A stretch of DNA of 62,573 nucleotides, the filler included, from Dimorphilus gyrociliatus (lineage: Eukaryota; Animalia; Annelida): the NCBI GenBank assembly GCA_904063045.1. It is 3 parts of 3 records of this genome, joined end to end, with 100 filler letters (N's around TTAATTAATTAA, not from the genome) between each part and the next. Parts side by side here need not be neighbours in the genome. Positions count along the whole stretch, not along the records: positions 22,837 to 45,236 come from CAJFCJ010000061.1; 2 more parts are not named here. The stretch is one strand, 5' to 3'. Under the pieces are notes generated by a model. That model searched no databases, was not told the DNA's origin, and saw only the letters and a program-made list of their open reading frames with translations. A program made the translations under genes and the position numbers. Positions 25,801 to 37,337 of the stretch are shown here, in pieces. Within the stretch, counting starts at the first letter, position 1, and each line of letters begins with the position of its first letter.

Positions 25801-27470
25801 GATGGAGTGTCAGAATCTTCAAAATACTGTCCCATCATTCCAACAGTTACTTTTTTTACACTGCCTTGTTTTCCAAATTTTGTTTGGTGATTTTCGTTAT
25901 ATTGCAAAAACTTTCTAACTGGTTGTCCTTTTCTGATAAAGAATGGAAGAGAAACTTGTTTTGTTGCAAAATCAATAAGAGCTCCAGCATTTTCTAAGAA
26001 ATCACAACCAAGTATTATAGCCATATCTAGTTTTTCCATAATAAAGAATTCTTGTTCCATAATTCTTCCATTAAATTGAATATTCAGTTTTGTTTTTCCT
26101 TTTGTCTTTAAAGCATTTCCCTCTGCTGAAGTGATGATTGGTAAGCCAGTAGTTTCTTTCTTGATGAATTTAGAATCCATTAACCTGATTTCTTTTTCTG
26201 TAATAAATGACAAAAGTGCTCCTGAATCACATAAAGCAATAACCTCTCTTCCATTATGATTTTTCATTCGAAATTGGAAATCTTTTCTGCCTTTTACCAA
26301 AGAAGTACACTTAAAATGTGCGATTTTCTCTTCTTTCAGATTAAATATTGCCATTCTTCCTTTAGAAATTTCAGTTTCATTAGGTTCATCAGGTCCAACA
26401 TGTATTAGTCTGTTAAAGCTGCCTTTTTCATTATTTCCTGCATTTCCATTTCTTTGTTGTTGAAATCTATTTTGAGAAAAAGGTTTAAATGTATGTTCAT
26501 TTTGATTTGAGTTACTCTGATTGTTGTCAAATCTCCTTTTGTACTGTTTGAATTCATTTTCGCTTTCTTTTCTTGCATTATCAAAAAATATTTCTGCTCT
26601 TTTTGCCAATTTAATATACTGATTAACTGAGTTAATCTTTCCATCTTTTTCCACATGATTAACAATTTTTCCTTTAAGACCATTCCTGAATACAGTTAAC
26701 AGTTGAAGTTCTCTAACTCTTTCAGTAACACAAGCCATTTCAGTAGTATTGAATGGTAGGAATTTTTCCACAAGTTCTTTACTTCTTCTAACAAAACTTT
26801 GGACAGTTTCATCATTGAACTGTCTCAATCTATCAATTTCTTTTTTGTAAGCCATAGGATCTGGATTAAATTCTTCATCCAATGCATCCCAAATTTCATT
26901 TTCATTTGCCATGGAGGGTAAACTTTCAATAACATCTCTGGCTCTTCCAGTAGTGTATTTTCTCAGCATTCGAACTCTTTTCTCTTCTGTATCCCAAAGG
27001 TTTAATTCACAAGCTGTTTGAAAGTTCCTCTTAAAGGCCCAAGTATCTTTGCTACCAGAATAGGGTCTCAGCAAAGTAGTATTAGGTTTCTCATTAGCAT
27101 CAATTAGAAGACTTGCAATTGTCTTTTCCAAAGCATTATCTTGAATGCCATCATAACTGAATTTTGGTTGAGTAGGATCAGGATTAACCATACCTTCAGG
27201 AATTGTAGCTGCCCCAGTCATCAAATGGTACTTTAAAAAGCTATTACCATCAACTTTGGCTCCACTACTTTTAATTCTCAACATTAATTCATTAATTTTT
27301 GAAAGATACTCATCTACTTCCTTGGCTCTGGCTTTGTCATTCTCATAAACCAAAATAATATTCATTGAAGTAGCATTGTGGGCTGTCGACTGCGCCATAT
27401 TTGTACTTTGTTGTATTGTAATTGTAGGAATTTCTGGTTCGTCACAACTGTAATCGTCCTTTCCAATCAT
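22837..27470 (-). CDS. gag-pol: Single-frame Gag-PR-(acidic spacer)-RT-RH-IN polyprotein; 1445-aa ORF, then a 1-nt frameshift in the integrase HHCC region about 23135
   Basis: LCDSGA protease; YMDD RT; TTDASNYAVGAVL RNase H; H..H then CEFC and RIAMDIMGP..ILVIIDHMSRF integrase core. Confidence 0.93.
27383..27397 (-). other. tRNA-Ser primer-binding site of element 2
   Basis: TGGCGCAGTCGACAG, 4 nt after the LTR end. Confidence 0.8.
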
Positions 27471-27856
27471 TTACCAACTTGCCAAAGTACTGGTCCAAAT
27501 AGAACCTTTAAAGTTCGTCCACAAATAGTCTAACAAAGGCAATTTCGGTAGAAATTGATTAACAAAACACCAGTATTTCGTCCAAAGAATATGTATTGAG
27601 TAAAATGAGCTTCTAGTTCTAAACAAGCTAGTTTAAACAACTAGCTGACGGTTAGAAAACTGAACTATCAACTGTTAATTTCGTAGGGTTTATATACTCT
27701 TTTAAGGGTTGATAGTTCACAAATTTCAATGTTCACAAAAACAAAAGTAACATTTGAAGACAAAGAAAAGTTCTAAATATGGTCATGTTTTTATTGTTTT
27801 CCTCTTCTAAATAATAGTTGAATTTCGAAGGTTGGAGAGTTGCATAAGATGTAACA
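27402..27856 (-). mobile_element. 5' LTR of element 2 (LTR2)
   Basis: U5 end ...CAAAGTACA; TATATAAA 27696-27689; about 96% identical to 60244-60669. The TGTTAC start at 27856 is inferred. Confidence 0.85.
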
Positions 27857-29294
27857 ATTTTAGTAGGACAAGTCCAACAATCAAGAAAACATGTAGATTG
27901 TATATTTGACCGTTTTTATATTCTACCTTAATAATGATATTCAATTGATTGAGTTAGTAAATTTAGCATCAGCATATAAGGAGGAAGTATATCTGATTAA
28001 TGCATGTTAAAAAGAATAGTGAATATAATCTAACCTTAGAATTTAAGCATAATTGATAATTAATTGAACTAGTTTTAGTTCGAAATCATAAATTTATGGA
28101 TTAATAAATTGTAATATTAATGCTAGGTTGCAAATAGCAAATATTCTTTATATAATTCAATAGGTTTTATTACTGCATAATGTGTATGCACTGCCCTATG
28201 CGAAACTAGGTCACTACTGCTTATCTTTATCAGTGCTATCTGCATAGTACAATACTGGTTCAATACTACTTCTCTATTGTAGAATATAGCTGACGAATGT
28301 ATGTGTACAATAGACCTAGATTAGTGTTACCCTAAGTACTTATACACATTCATTTAGCATTAGATCTAATTACTCAGGATGAACTGAAATTATCAAAGAT
28401 ACATCTATTTTTAGAGCTTGCAATTGTGTGAAATGTTACTGGGCATTATTTAAATAGTGAAGTGTTAAACTCATAGGAAAGTATTTCACAGTTATTACCT
28501 TAGTTTTAGAAAACTCACTAAAAAGCTCAGAATATTCAATACACACCTTTTTACAGCATTCTCTTTAAAGTTGATATAAAACTTTGGACAATCTTACAAA
28601 GAAAACTCTATAAAAGAAAAATTAGGTTTGTCATTGATTTCATAAATGAACAATAGATTTTTTTATTGGATAATGAATCATCAATTTGATCACAAATTAT
28701 TCAATTTACATTCATTGATTGTAATCTATATGTAGAGAATTTCAAAGCTTTTCAATTTGATAGAAATTTTATGAATTACAAATTGGATGTTATTGAAAAA
28801 AATTACATGTATATTCATGGCTATTTAAAAATAGACATTTGGAAGAAAACCTCATCACTTTAATTGGCTTTTGTAATGAAGAATGACACTTTTAACAAAA
28901 ATTATTAGGATATGATAAAATTTATTTTAGTGCAAATATTTACCAACACACATATCAAGTTATTGATTTATTTTGTATTTATAAATATTAAGTTTTAAAA
29001 TAAAACAACTGCCATTTAGACACAAATATGCAAAATCATCTTACAGGAGAAAGAGAATGTTTGGTTTAAAATGTTTATAGAAAAAAATTAAATGTTGTTT
29101 TCAAAAATACATGTTAAGTAGGAATAAATCAGAATTTCATTTTTTTGTATGGATTTATTTCCTTTGGGAAATTATGAAAGCAAAGTGGGAAAATAGCAGT
29201 TGATTTTAGGGGATAATTCCCACAATTAGAGACTAACAAACAGCATTTATGGTGGAAAAGATAAGGAGTTTCCTTGCTCCCATGCCAAATTTAT

Positions 29295-29501
29295 GGGGTT
29301 GACAGAAAACATCCATAAATGAGAAATTTGAAGGCTAGATTTTGGATTGGAATATGATTAACAAGAAGAATACAGCAACTGATTTCTACTTAGGAGGCTC
29401 TCCTCTTAGGGTTAGGGGTATTGGAAAAGGTCAGTTGCAGCCAAGCCCTGGGTTAGGGTTAGGGTAAAAGCAGCAATTTATGGACATTTTATGTTGCATC
29501 C
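29295..29501. mobile_element. MULE-derived MITE (207 bp), opposite orientation to 11388
   Basis: TIR GGGGTTGACAGAAAACATCC; 9-bp TSD CAAATTTAT/CCAATTTAT; GGTTAGGGTTAGGG inside. Confidence 0.85.
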
Positions 29502-30448
29502 CCAATTTATTCATAGCCATGTGAAAGCAATTGAAAGGATTTATTTTGCGAAAAGAAACTCACAACTTTTGTCAGCAATCCTGAGGATTAAAAGGAAAAT
29601 ATTGAGAATTTCTGTTCTGATTATAAAATTAAAGGTTATAATAAAATCTTATACAAGCCTTTTGATACAATCTAAAAAATATGAAAATTTTTCACTTGTG
29701 TTTAATTTGCAAATTAGAATGCTCATTCTCAGAGAGAATATATCTTTACAAGGAGAAGACAACATCAAATAAACTGGTTAGCTTTTGTAGTATGATGTAG
29801 GGACAATTCAGGCTCTATTTAAATTAGGAATATTACATTTTTTTTAAAACTCAAACAATACCTAATACCAGATTTTTCCGCTATGTGATGGAACTATTAT
29901 CAGTTTATATGTATATTTTCATTTGTTTAACAGTACTGAAAGTGTTTTCATTTTAAAAAAATAAATATATACTATTAATTGATTATTAAAAGGGTGAAAA
30001 AAGAGAATTGAATTGTACATAATGAATTTAAAAACATGCTGGTTATGTACAAAGAAATTTTAATGGAATGAACAGAAAATATGATGCAAACTTTGAAAGC
30101 ATTTTTATCATAGAAAGTGTTCTAAAAGTAAGTAGAAATTTTTCTTGTCTCCTCTTTTTTTAAAAACATATATGATTTTAAACAGATAATGATTATTGTG
30201 TTAATTGCTACAATGTTAAAAAACAAAGAATTCTAATTAAATTAAGAAGAATTGATGAGAAAAAAAATAAAAATCAGAATGAACTGAATACTAAACAATA
30301 TTGAAAGCTTTCATGGAGAAAATCAACAAGGAAATAATTTGTAAGTTTTATTAGTTGAAAAATTATTTGAATTTTATTATTTCATTTAAGACTATCCTTT
30401 AAATTTGAAAACTATATAGAAGATACATCTCAACAAGAAAATAATAAT

Positions 30449-31230
30449 TTGAATAACTCTGATCAAGATCTAAGAGTTGATATTCAAGATGAAGTTTCAT
30501 TTGATAAAAGCAAGGAAATAAGTTTGTGTGAAATAAATGAAATGATTTTGAAATTCTTAAGAATGGAAGTGAAAGAGGAGAAGATATATTATTGCAAAGG
30601 AATTTTTTCTTCTCAAAAAGGTTTAAAATTTTTAATGAAAAATGATCATAATCATTCTAATTATGAAAAGAATTTGAAACAAAGCACACAAGGAAGACTT
30701 TTATTTCCTGAAGCTGATTTACAAGGATGTGCTTTCCATTTTAAGCAAACAATTTTAAGAAACATTCTGGTATGATCAATTTCAAAGTAATGTCTAAATA
30801 ATTTTTGATGCTTTTTTGCAGAAGTTGGGTTACATCAATGACTATAATGATAAAAACTATGAAGGAAAAATGCTCTCATATCTTCCAGGAGAATTCATTG
30901 TTTCTATATTTAATGAAATAAACTATTATTTCTTAGAGAACAACTTATCTGCAGATCTTTTGGATTATATGGAAAAAACCTATATCAATGGAAACATTTG
31001 GAAACCAAAGTATTTGTCCATGTACAACATGACAGTCCGAACAAAAATAATGTTGAGGGATGGCACTCTAGGCTAAATACAGTAGTAAGAGCTACTGAAA
31101 ATTTCTATAATCTTGTAAATGAATTAGCTAGAGAAGCTGATTTAATTCAAATTTATAAGAAGCTACTCTCTGAAAACAAATTAAAGGGAATGCAAGTGAT
31201 GAACAATCTTTCAATGTTTTTCTCAGGCAT
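30449..31230 (+). pseudogene. MULE (Mutator-like) transposase remnant
   Basis: DHNH; LQGCAFHFKQ; RT.NNVEGWHSRLN, broken by frameshifts. Confidence 0.8.
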
Positions 31231-31535
31231 TTAGCTTGTTCATCATTTAATGCACAGGAATGAAAATTAATTATTTCCAAAGTGCTTGAAGAAGATATGA
31301 GACCATCACATATTACTTTAAATCCATTTCCATATCTCTATTCATAGATAAATTAATATTTTCAAGTGCTGAAAACTTTTTCAATGCTTTTCGAAGACAT
31401 TCAGCTTGATCATTGTTTAATGTACAGAACTGAAAATTAATTTTTTTCAAAGTGTTTGAAGAAGATGTGAGTCCATCACTTATTACTTTGAATCCTATTC
31501 CCATATCTTTATTCAAAGATAAATTAATATTTTAA
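31230..31535 (-). pseudogene. RI-type LRR fragment (two related units about 170 bp apart, frameshifted)
   Basis: LKKINFQFCTLNNDQAECL..LENINLSMN; second unit LEIINFHSCALNDEQAKCL in another frame. Confidence 0.75.
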
Positions 31536-32250
31536 TGTGTTAATTGATATTTCAGAATATCTGTTTCGTCATTTTTGATAAACTGTTTTTAAAACTAATT
31601 TTATAATCTGCTGAATGATCTTCAAATAACTTTTAAATATATTCTTTTTTTAGTTATTACTGTCAGAAAACTGAATTCTACAGTATAATCCTATGTCAAA
31701 ATATTTCATGAAGTTTTTATTCTTAAAAAATTAAGAAATTTGTGAAAGAAATATTACCTGTTTAAGCAATATATTCACAAGGCTTGTTCTGGCATAGGTA
31801 AGTGGTATTGAACTATTATTGATTACCACTTTTGTCTGAGTATGGTATAACACCTGTTGGAGAATTCTGGTGAGAATATTGAAAAAAGTATTAAATTACA
31901 GTTAAGACAAACCCAGTATTGATCTGTATTGAAATTGACTATTTAAATAACAGCTTTATGTATATTATTGTACATGTTGAGAGTTTTGAAGATTTTTGAA
32001 AAAGCAAAACTATATCTGTGAACATTAAATATTTTCAAAAATTATATTTAAAGTGACAAGTGATATGGTTTGAAAAGCATTATTATAAATATCTTTAACT
32101 ATTTTTAAAAATCATAACAAATCTAGCTAAAGAAACAATGAAACAAAAGGTATCTATACTGGTATTATATTTTTTAAACAAGTGCCACTGGAACAAGCTA
32201 TCTGCTTTGGAATGTTAGAGGCTTTTTTCATTTGATAAACTAGATATTCT

Positions 32251-33625
32251 GGGGCAAACAGAAAATGTCCCCAAATGGATTTTGAAAGCAACATTTCAGA
32301 TTGAAAAATTGTTAGATACAGTAATTTGATTGGTAGTTTATGTCCAAAGTGTAGAGGTAATTAAAAAGGAGAGTGAGTGAAACTGTCCTTGGATGAAATT
32401 GTACCCATGGCTGATGAAGCCATACCCATAAAAAGTTAATTCAAAATGAAGAGAATACATATTGAATATTGTACATATATTACATTATTAAATGATAATA
32501 ATTGAACCAAAAACAATAAAAGTATTGTTGAAAATTTAAATAACACTCATTAAAAAAATTTCACTTTGAAAACAAATTGCTTTGAAAGTCAAGATCTATC
32601 TCCTAAATATTTCTGGACAAAGTTTATGTTGGAAGATTGGAGAGAGGTTCATTTATATTAAATTGAATCTAGATTTTAATTATTCTTCTTTTTTTATTTG
32701 TAAAACATTCAATTTATTTGATGAACAATGTTCAAACCAAAAAAGAAGAAGCAACATATGTAGATAAAGAGTGTCAAGTTTTGCTTGGAAGGAGTTCAGA
32801 GAGGAAAAGATATTTTATCATATTGTACAACTTTCGTTCTCTTTTATTCTTCTACTATACTACTATTATCTATAACTTACTACAAACCGATGCAAGGAAA
32901 TACAATAACATGTGGCCTAACACAGACCTTCTTGGTCATACTTAAGGTTCATCCTAAGTACCATTTAAGTTTTGGCCATGTTATGATTGATGAGCTTGTC
33001 TATGGTTTTTGCCAAACTATGATTAATTAACTTTCTCAAGTGGGCAACTTTGTAACATTTTGTTCTAAGGACAAACATGTGCTAGGTGAGTTCACAGCTG
33101 TAAAGTGGTGATTGAACACTAGAAGAATAGTCTATATAGTATTCTTTTCAATTCTCTTAATTTCTATCTATTTCTCTTTAAATATTTTACTTATTTCTCC
33201 ATTTATTAAAGATTTATTCATATATATAAATTCATCATAACATTCTTTTCGAATTTTGTAATAAATAAATGGATAAGTTTTCCCAAAATAAGGATGAGTT
33301 TTCCCATTCCTGGATTTTCATTCACACTTAAAGCTAAAACCTCTAAAAGCAGCATCTGCGTGCATAGTAAAAGGACCAAAAAACAAAGGTGTTCTGCAAG
33401 AATAAGCCAGCAGGGGAAAACTTTTATAAAGGGGAAGTTAGAACACTTTTCAAAATCTATTTCATATTTTAGAGTATCAGAAATCTGACTGGCATGTCAC
33501 AGCATCAGAAGATTACAATGGATTTTGAGATGGGTCTGTGGAGAGCTGTATCCAAAATATATCCAAAATCAATAATTCATGGGTGTGTATTCCATTTCAC
33601 ACAGACATTATTTAGGGAAATTCAG
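32251..33625 (+). pseudogene. MULE remnant: TIR at 32251, zinc-finger-like and catalytic fragments at 33290-33625
   Basis: GGGGCAAACAGAAAATGTCCCCAA; C..RTKKQRCSARI...KLEH; MDFEMGLWRAVSKIYPKSIIHGCVFHFTQ. Confidence 0.7.
32824..33143 (+). mobile_element. LTR3 U3 fragment
   Basis: Starts TGTACAACTTTCG; inverted homolog of 40600-40888. Confidence 0.85.
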
Positions 33626-33899
33626 GTAAAATATTCATTTTAAATTAACATTTCAAGTTTTTCTTTACAAAGAATGTTACTTCAGTCTTTTGTGAATATT
33701 TCTCTTGATATTTGATAACTGGTATTTCAATCTTATCAATAAACAGTCATTCATAATTTTAAGGTAGTTCATGCTAATTATTTTAAAGTTTTGAATAACA
33801 GTATTGAGCATTTGGTACATTTAGTCATTTTGAACATAACTGATAATTTACCATTAGAAGAGTTCCTTAGGTCTTGTGATGGAAAAGATTGTCTCAAGA

Positions 33900-34070
33900 T
33901 GGATTACCTACAAACTTGATTGTAAGACAAGGGTAGAGATGTCTACAGAAGACATCTAGAAAAGTATGGTGAAGAATGAGAGGATTTTTTGTCAAAAAAT
34001 TGTTACAGGAGATGAAACATTGGTATTCTATCATTAACCATTCACTAAAGGAGATTCTTTAGAATACAAT
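33900..34070 (+). pseudogene. mariner-type transposase fragment
   Basis: FLSKIVTGDETLVFY motif. Confidence 0.7.
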
Positions 34071-34568
34071 GCAAAATTCACAAATCAGAATATATCAGAA
34101 ATGTACATTAATTAAAGCAACAAATCAAACTGTAAATGGCAGAATCGTTTCTAAAAGTATAAGCTACTGCAATGAAACGATCAACTGATACTATTGCTCT
34201 ACTCCATAATGAAGCCGTTGCACAGGTATTTAAAACAACAAATAGGGATGTTGGTATAGACACGGCATTGATTGTAAAATGGGCTATTGATTTTTCTATT
34301 GAAACATCTTATACCACCAATGTTTTCATTTTGCTACTCAAGACGCCATATTAAAATATTTATAGATAAAACATCAACCTCCAAAAATTGTCAGTTTTTG
34401 CTTATGAAGATTGTTCTCATTCTTTACCATGAACATTGATCTCTTTTGAGTAAATCTCCAGGTGAAGGAACATTCAGTTTTTCTTTTCACAGAATAAGAA
34501 TAATTTTTGTGAAGGTGTGCACTTAGATATTGTACTGCTTTGGTTTTTTCAACATTTTCCCTTCATAG

Positions 34569-35864
34569 TGTACTGCTTTGGTCTTGCCAATTTATGCATT
34601 TGCAACTTATAAAAGTACTGATTCTACTCAAACCTTTAAACAAAGTGTTTCAATTCAATTGCTTTATTGAAAATATAATACTTAAGCAAGTAACAATATG
34701 AATATTCAGTAGCAGATTAAGCAGTGGGAAACAGTAGGTTGCCAAGTTACCAAACTAGTGTCCAATGTTGAGGAAGTAGAAAGATCCCAGTGGGTGTTGG
34801 TTCCAGTTCATCCTCCCAGGTTGAGGTTAGCCACTTGGAGTGAAGCAGTGAGGAGTTATATACTTGAAGACTATTCTCTAGTGTCCAATCACCATTTTAC
34901 AGCTGTGAATGTGCACTTAGATATATTGACATATTGGCATTTAGACTTTAGGTTAGAGGAATTCTAGAATAACTTCTATTTCGTAGAAATTATAATGGTG
35001 GAACTTTAGAAAGGCTTTTATCTCGTAGAATAAGATTCTAGAACATTAGAAACAACTATATTTCATAGGAAATAGATCATTTGCCCATATTAGATGGAGC
35101 CACTATGAAGTTAACAAAGGAACAAAGAACATGGAAAAGATGCATGTCAAAGTTGTGACATCTTGGGCAATGCCAGATGTTGATGAGGCAGACTTAATCT
35201 GCAGTGGCAAATGTTGACCATGTCATGTTTGCCTTATCATTATGATCTAGGTGTAATAGTCTTTGTTGTCTTTGTTTCTTGTGGATTATGAGACTGTTGT
35301 GTCTCACCTTTTTTTAATCATTGAACAATTGAACCCAAGCTTTGGTAAATGTATAAAAGGAAATACATTTCCCCAGCTTGGCAGTTCAGTTCTTTAACCA
35401 TTAGCTGGCTGTTTAAGCTTACTTGTTTAGAACTAGAAACTCATTTACTCAATGCATATTCTTTGGATGATAAACTGGCAATTTGTTGATTCATTTCAAC
35501 CTAAATTACAGTTATTGAGATTATATGTGGACGAACTTAAAAGGTTCTATTTGTTTGAGTACTTTGGTGAGTTGATTAATGATTGAAGAAGACAAATACT
35601 GTTCAGGAGAAGCAGAAATTCCTACAATTACAATACAACAAAGTACAGTGAACTCACCTAGTTCATGTTTGTCCTTAGAACAATCTGTTACAAAGTTGCC
35701 CACTTGAAAAAGTTAATTAATCATAGTTTGGCCAAAACCTTAGACAAGCTGATCAATCATAATGTGGCCAAAACTTAAGTGGTACTTAGGATGAACCTTA
35801 AGTATGACCAATAAGGTCTGTGTTAGGCCACATGTTATTGTATTTCCTTGCATCGGTTTGTACA
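34569..35864 (-). mobile_element. LTR3 copy interrupted by a nested LTR
   Basis: Halves 34569-34909 and 35648-35864 join at GTGAA to match 40343-40850. Confidence 0.85.
34910..35647 (+). mobile_element. Solo LTR2/B (738 bp) nested in LTR3
   Basis: TGTGCAC...CAAAGTACA with perfect 5-bp TSD GTGAA. Confidence 0.9.
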
Positions 35865-36667
35865 ACATCTATTTCCATTTTTAATACATGTATTTTCTTC
35901 ATGGACAAGAAAACCTAGCAAAATGCTTACAGACACACTTTCTTCCAATAAATTGGCATAGGCTAAATAGAAAACATCCATAAAATTCTAAGGTTTTGAC
36001 AAACCAGGAAGTATATTCCTTCTAATATAAAGATTATGAAAAACAACTTACAAGTATAATAATATAGAATTAAGACTTTTTAAAAAAAAGTTAAATTAGT
36101 TAATGAATCATTTTTACATTTTTCATGCTACTGCTGCAATCCTACTTTCTATCATTAACCAAAAAATTTGGTTTTGGATTAGATCAAAATGAGCCTAATC
36201 TGTTAAAAAATATTATTAATATTTGATACTACTATTCAATAGTTCATACACAGGTGAGTTTTGTTCATTCTCACTCTTCTCTTTTATGTAAATGTTTCTT
36301 TTCCCCTATAATCAATAAGCCTAAGAACATAGTCCTAACCCTAAAAAATCTTACTTTTTTATCATTTTTGCCAATTAGGTCTTTAATTTAAAATGTATGA
36401 AAGACAGCTTTTATCAACTTTTGCTTTCAGGCTATTAAAGTTATATGCTCATGTCAAGTTTGTCTGGTTTGCCTAAAATGTAACAAACATTTTTAGGTTT
36501 GGTAAGGTCAATAGTTTCAGGAAAATATTCCCTTTTTAAGCTTTTTGTTCCTTTACCAAGGTAATGGTGGCGCCATCTGTCATAGTCTAGTTTGTAGGCA
36601 AATATTGTCTTTTGTTCGGTTCCTAATTTTCGTTTTTCATTTTAATAGGCTACCACAAATTTAAATA

Positions 36668-36895
36668 GTGAATTTTGCATTCATAATTTTTCTGGACATT
36701 TTCGAACAAGTTTTGAAATATTCAAATATTGAATGTAATCCTATTCTAACTGAAAAAACGTATTTTTGGAATTTATGGAAATATATATATACCGAGATAT
36801 TTCAACTGTGTGATTTCAAAGCTCACTGTTCTAATGGTGAAGATGAACAAGATGATGTTTGCCAAAATATAAAAAGTGAAAAATGTTTGAATTGA
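36668..36895 (+). CDS. Probable exon with an LDL-receptor class A-like motif
   Basis: CDFKAHCSNGEDEQDDVC; exon limits unknown. Confidence 0.45.
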   Translation: MNFAFIIFLDIFEQVLKYSNIECNPILTEKTYFWNLWKYIYTEIFQLCDFKAHCSNGEDEQDDVCQNIKSEKCLN

Positions 36896-37337
36896 ATGAT
36901 CTGACAAACATTGGTCTCTCAATTCTTCAACATAGACAAACAATTATTCATTAAGATTAACCTTATGAATGATTTTCACTTTTAAATTTACTACAATAAT
37001 TGAATAAACAATAATGAATAATCATTGTCATTCTCAGAAAGGGAGGTGAGCAGATTCAGACAGAACACCAATACATTCCCATATAAGAATAGATTTTATT
37101 GATAATTATTTAATGTCTCTGAATTGAAGCATTTTAGTGGAAATTATGCAATTATATATGTTATTAATTAAGCTGTGTCATTGATATGAAACTTATTAAA
37201 TCCGTAAAAGAATTGTATCGCTTTTTGGATACTTTGTCATACACAAAATAATTGAAAGAGGCCATTAAGAAGCTAAAATTTTAAAAAAGACAAATGTTAA
37301 GACAGATAATAAAACTATTACTTTGTGTGTGTGTTTT

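Larger units (their letters stand above)
22837..27856 (-). mobile_element. Ty3/gypsy element 2, near-intact 5' part (LTR-PBS-gag-pol); 3' end lost in the gap
   Basis: LTR 27402-about 27856, PBS, one long gag-pol ORF, integrase running into the gap. Confidence 0.95.

Noticed and set aside
18945-27856. Tail-to-tail arrangement of elements 1 and 2 as a composite or nested element
   Set aside because: They meet only across an assembly gap; true distance and orientation are unknown.
28400-28900. Possible BTB/BACK-like pseudogene (KLHVYSWLFKNRHLEENL)
   Set aside because: Too degenerate and frameshifted to support a call.
30020-30290. CWLC...CVNC zinc-finger-like exons (related sequence about 59700)
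   Set aside because: Interrupted by stops; cannot tell whether it is MULE-associated or host.
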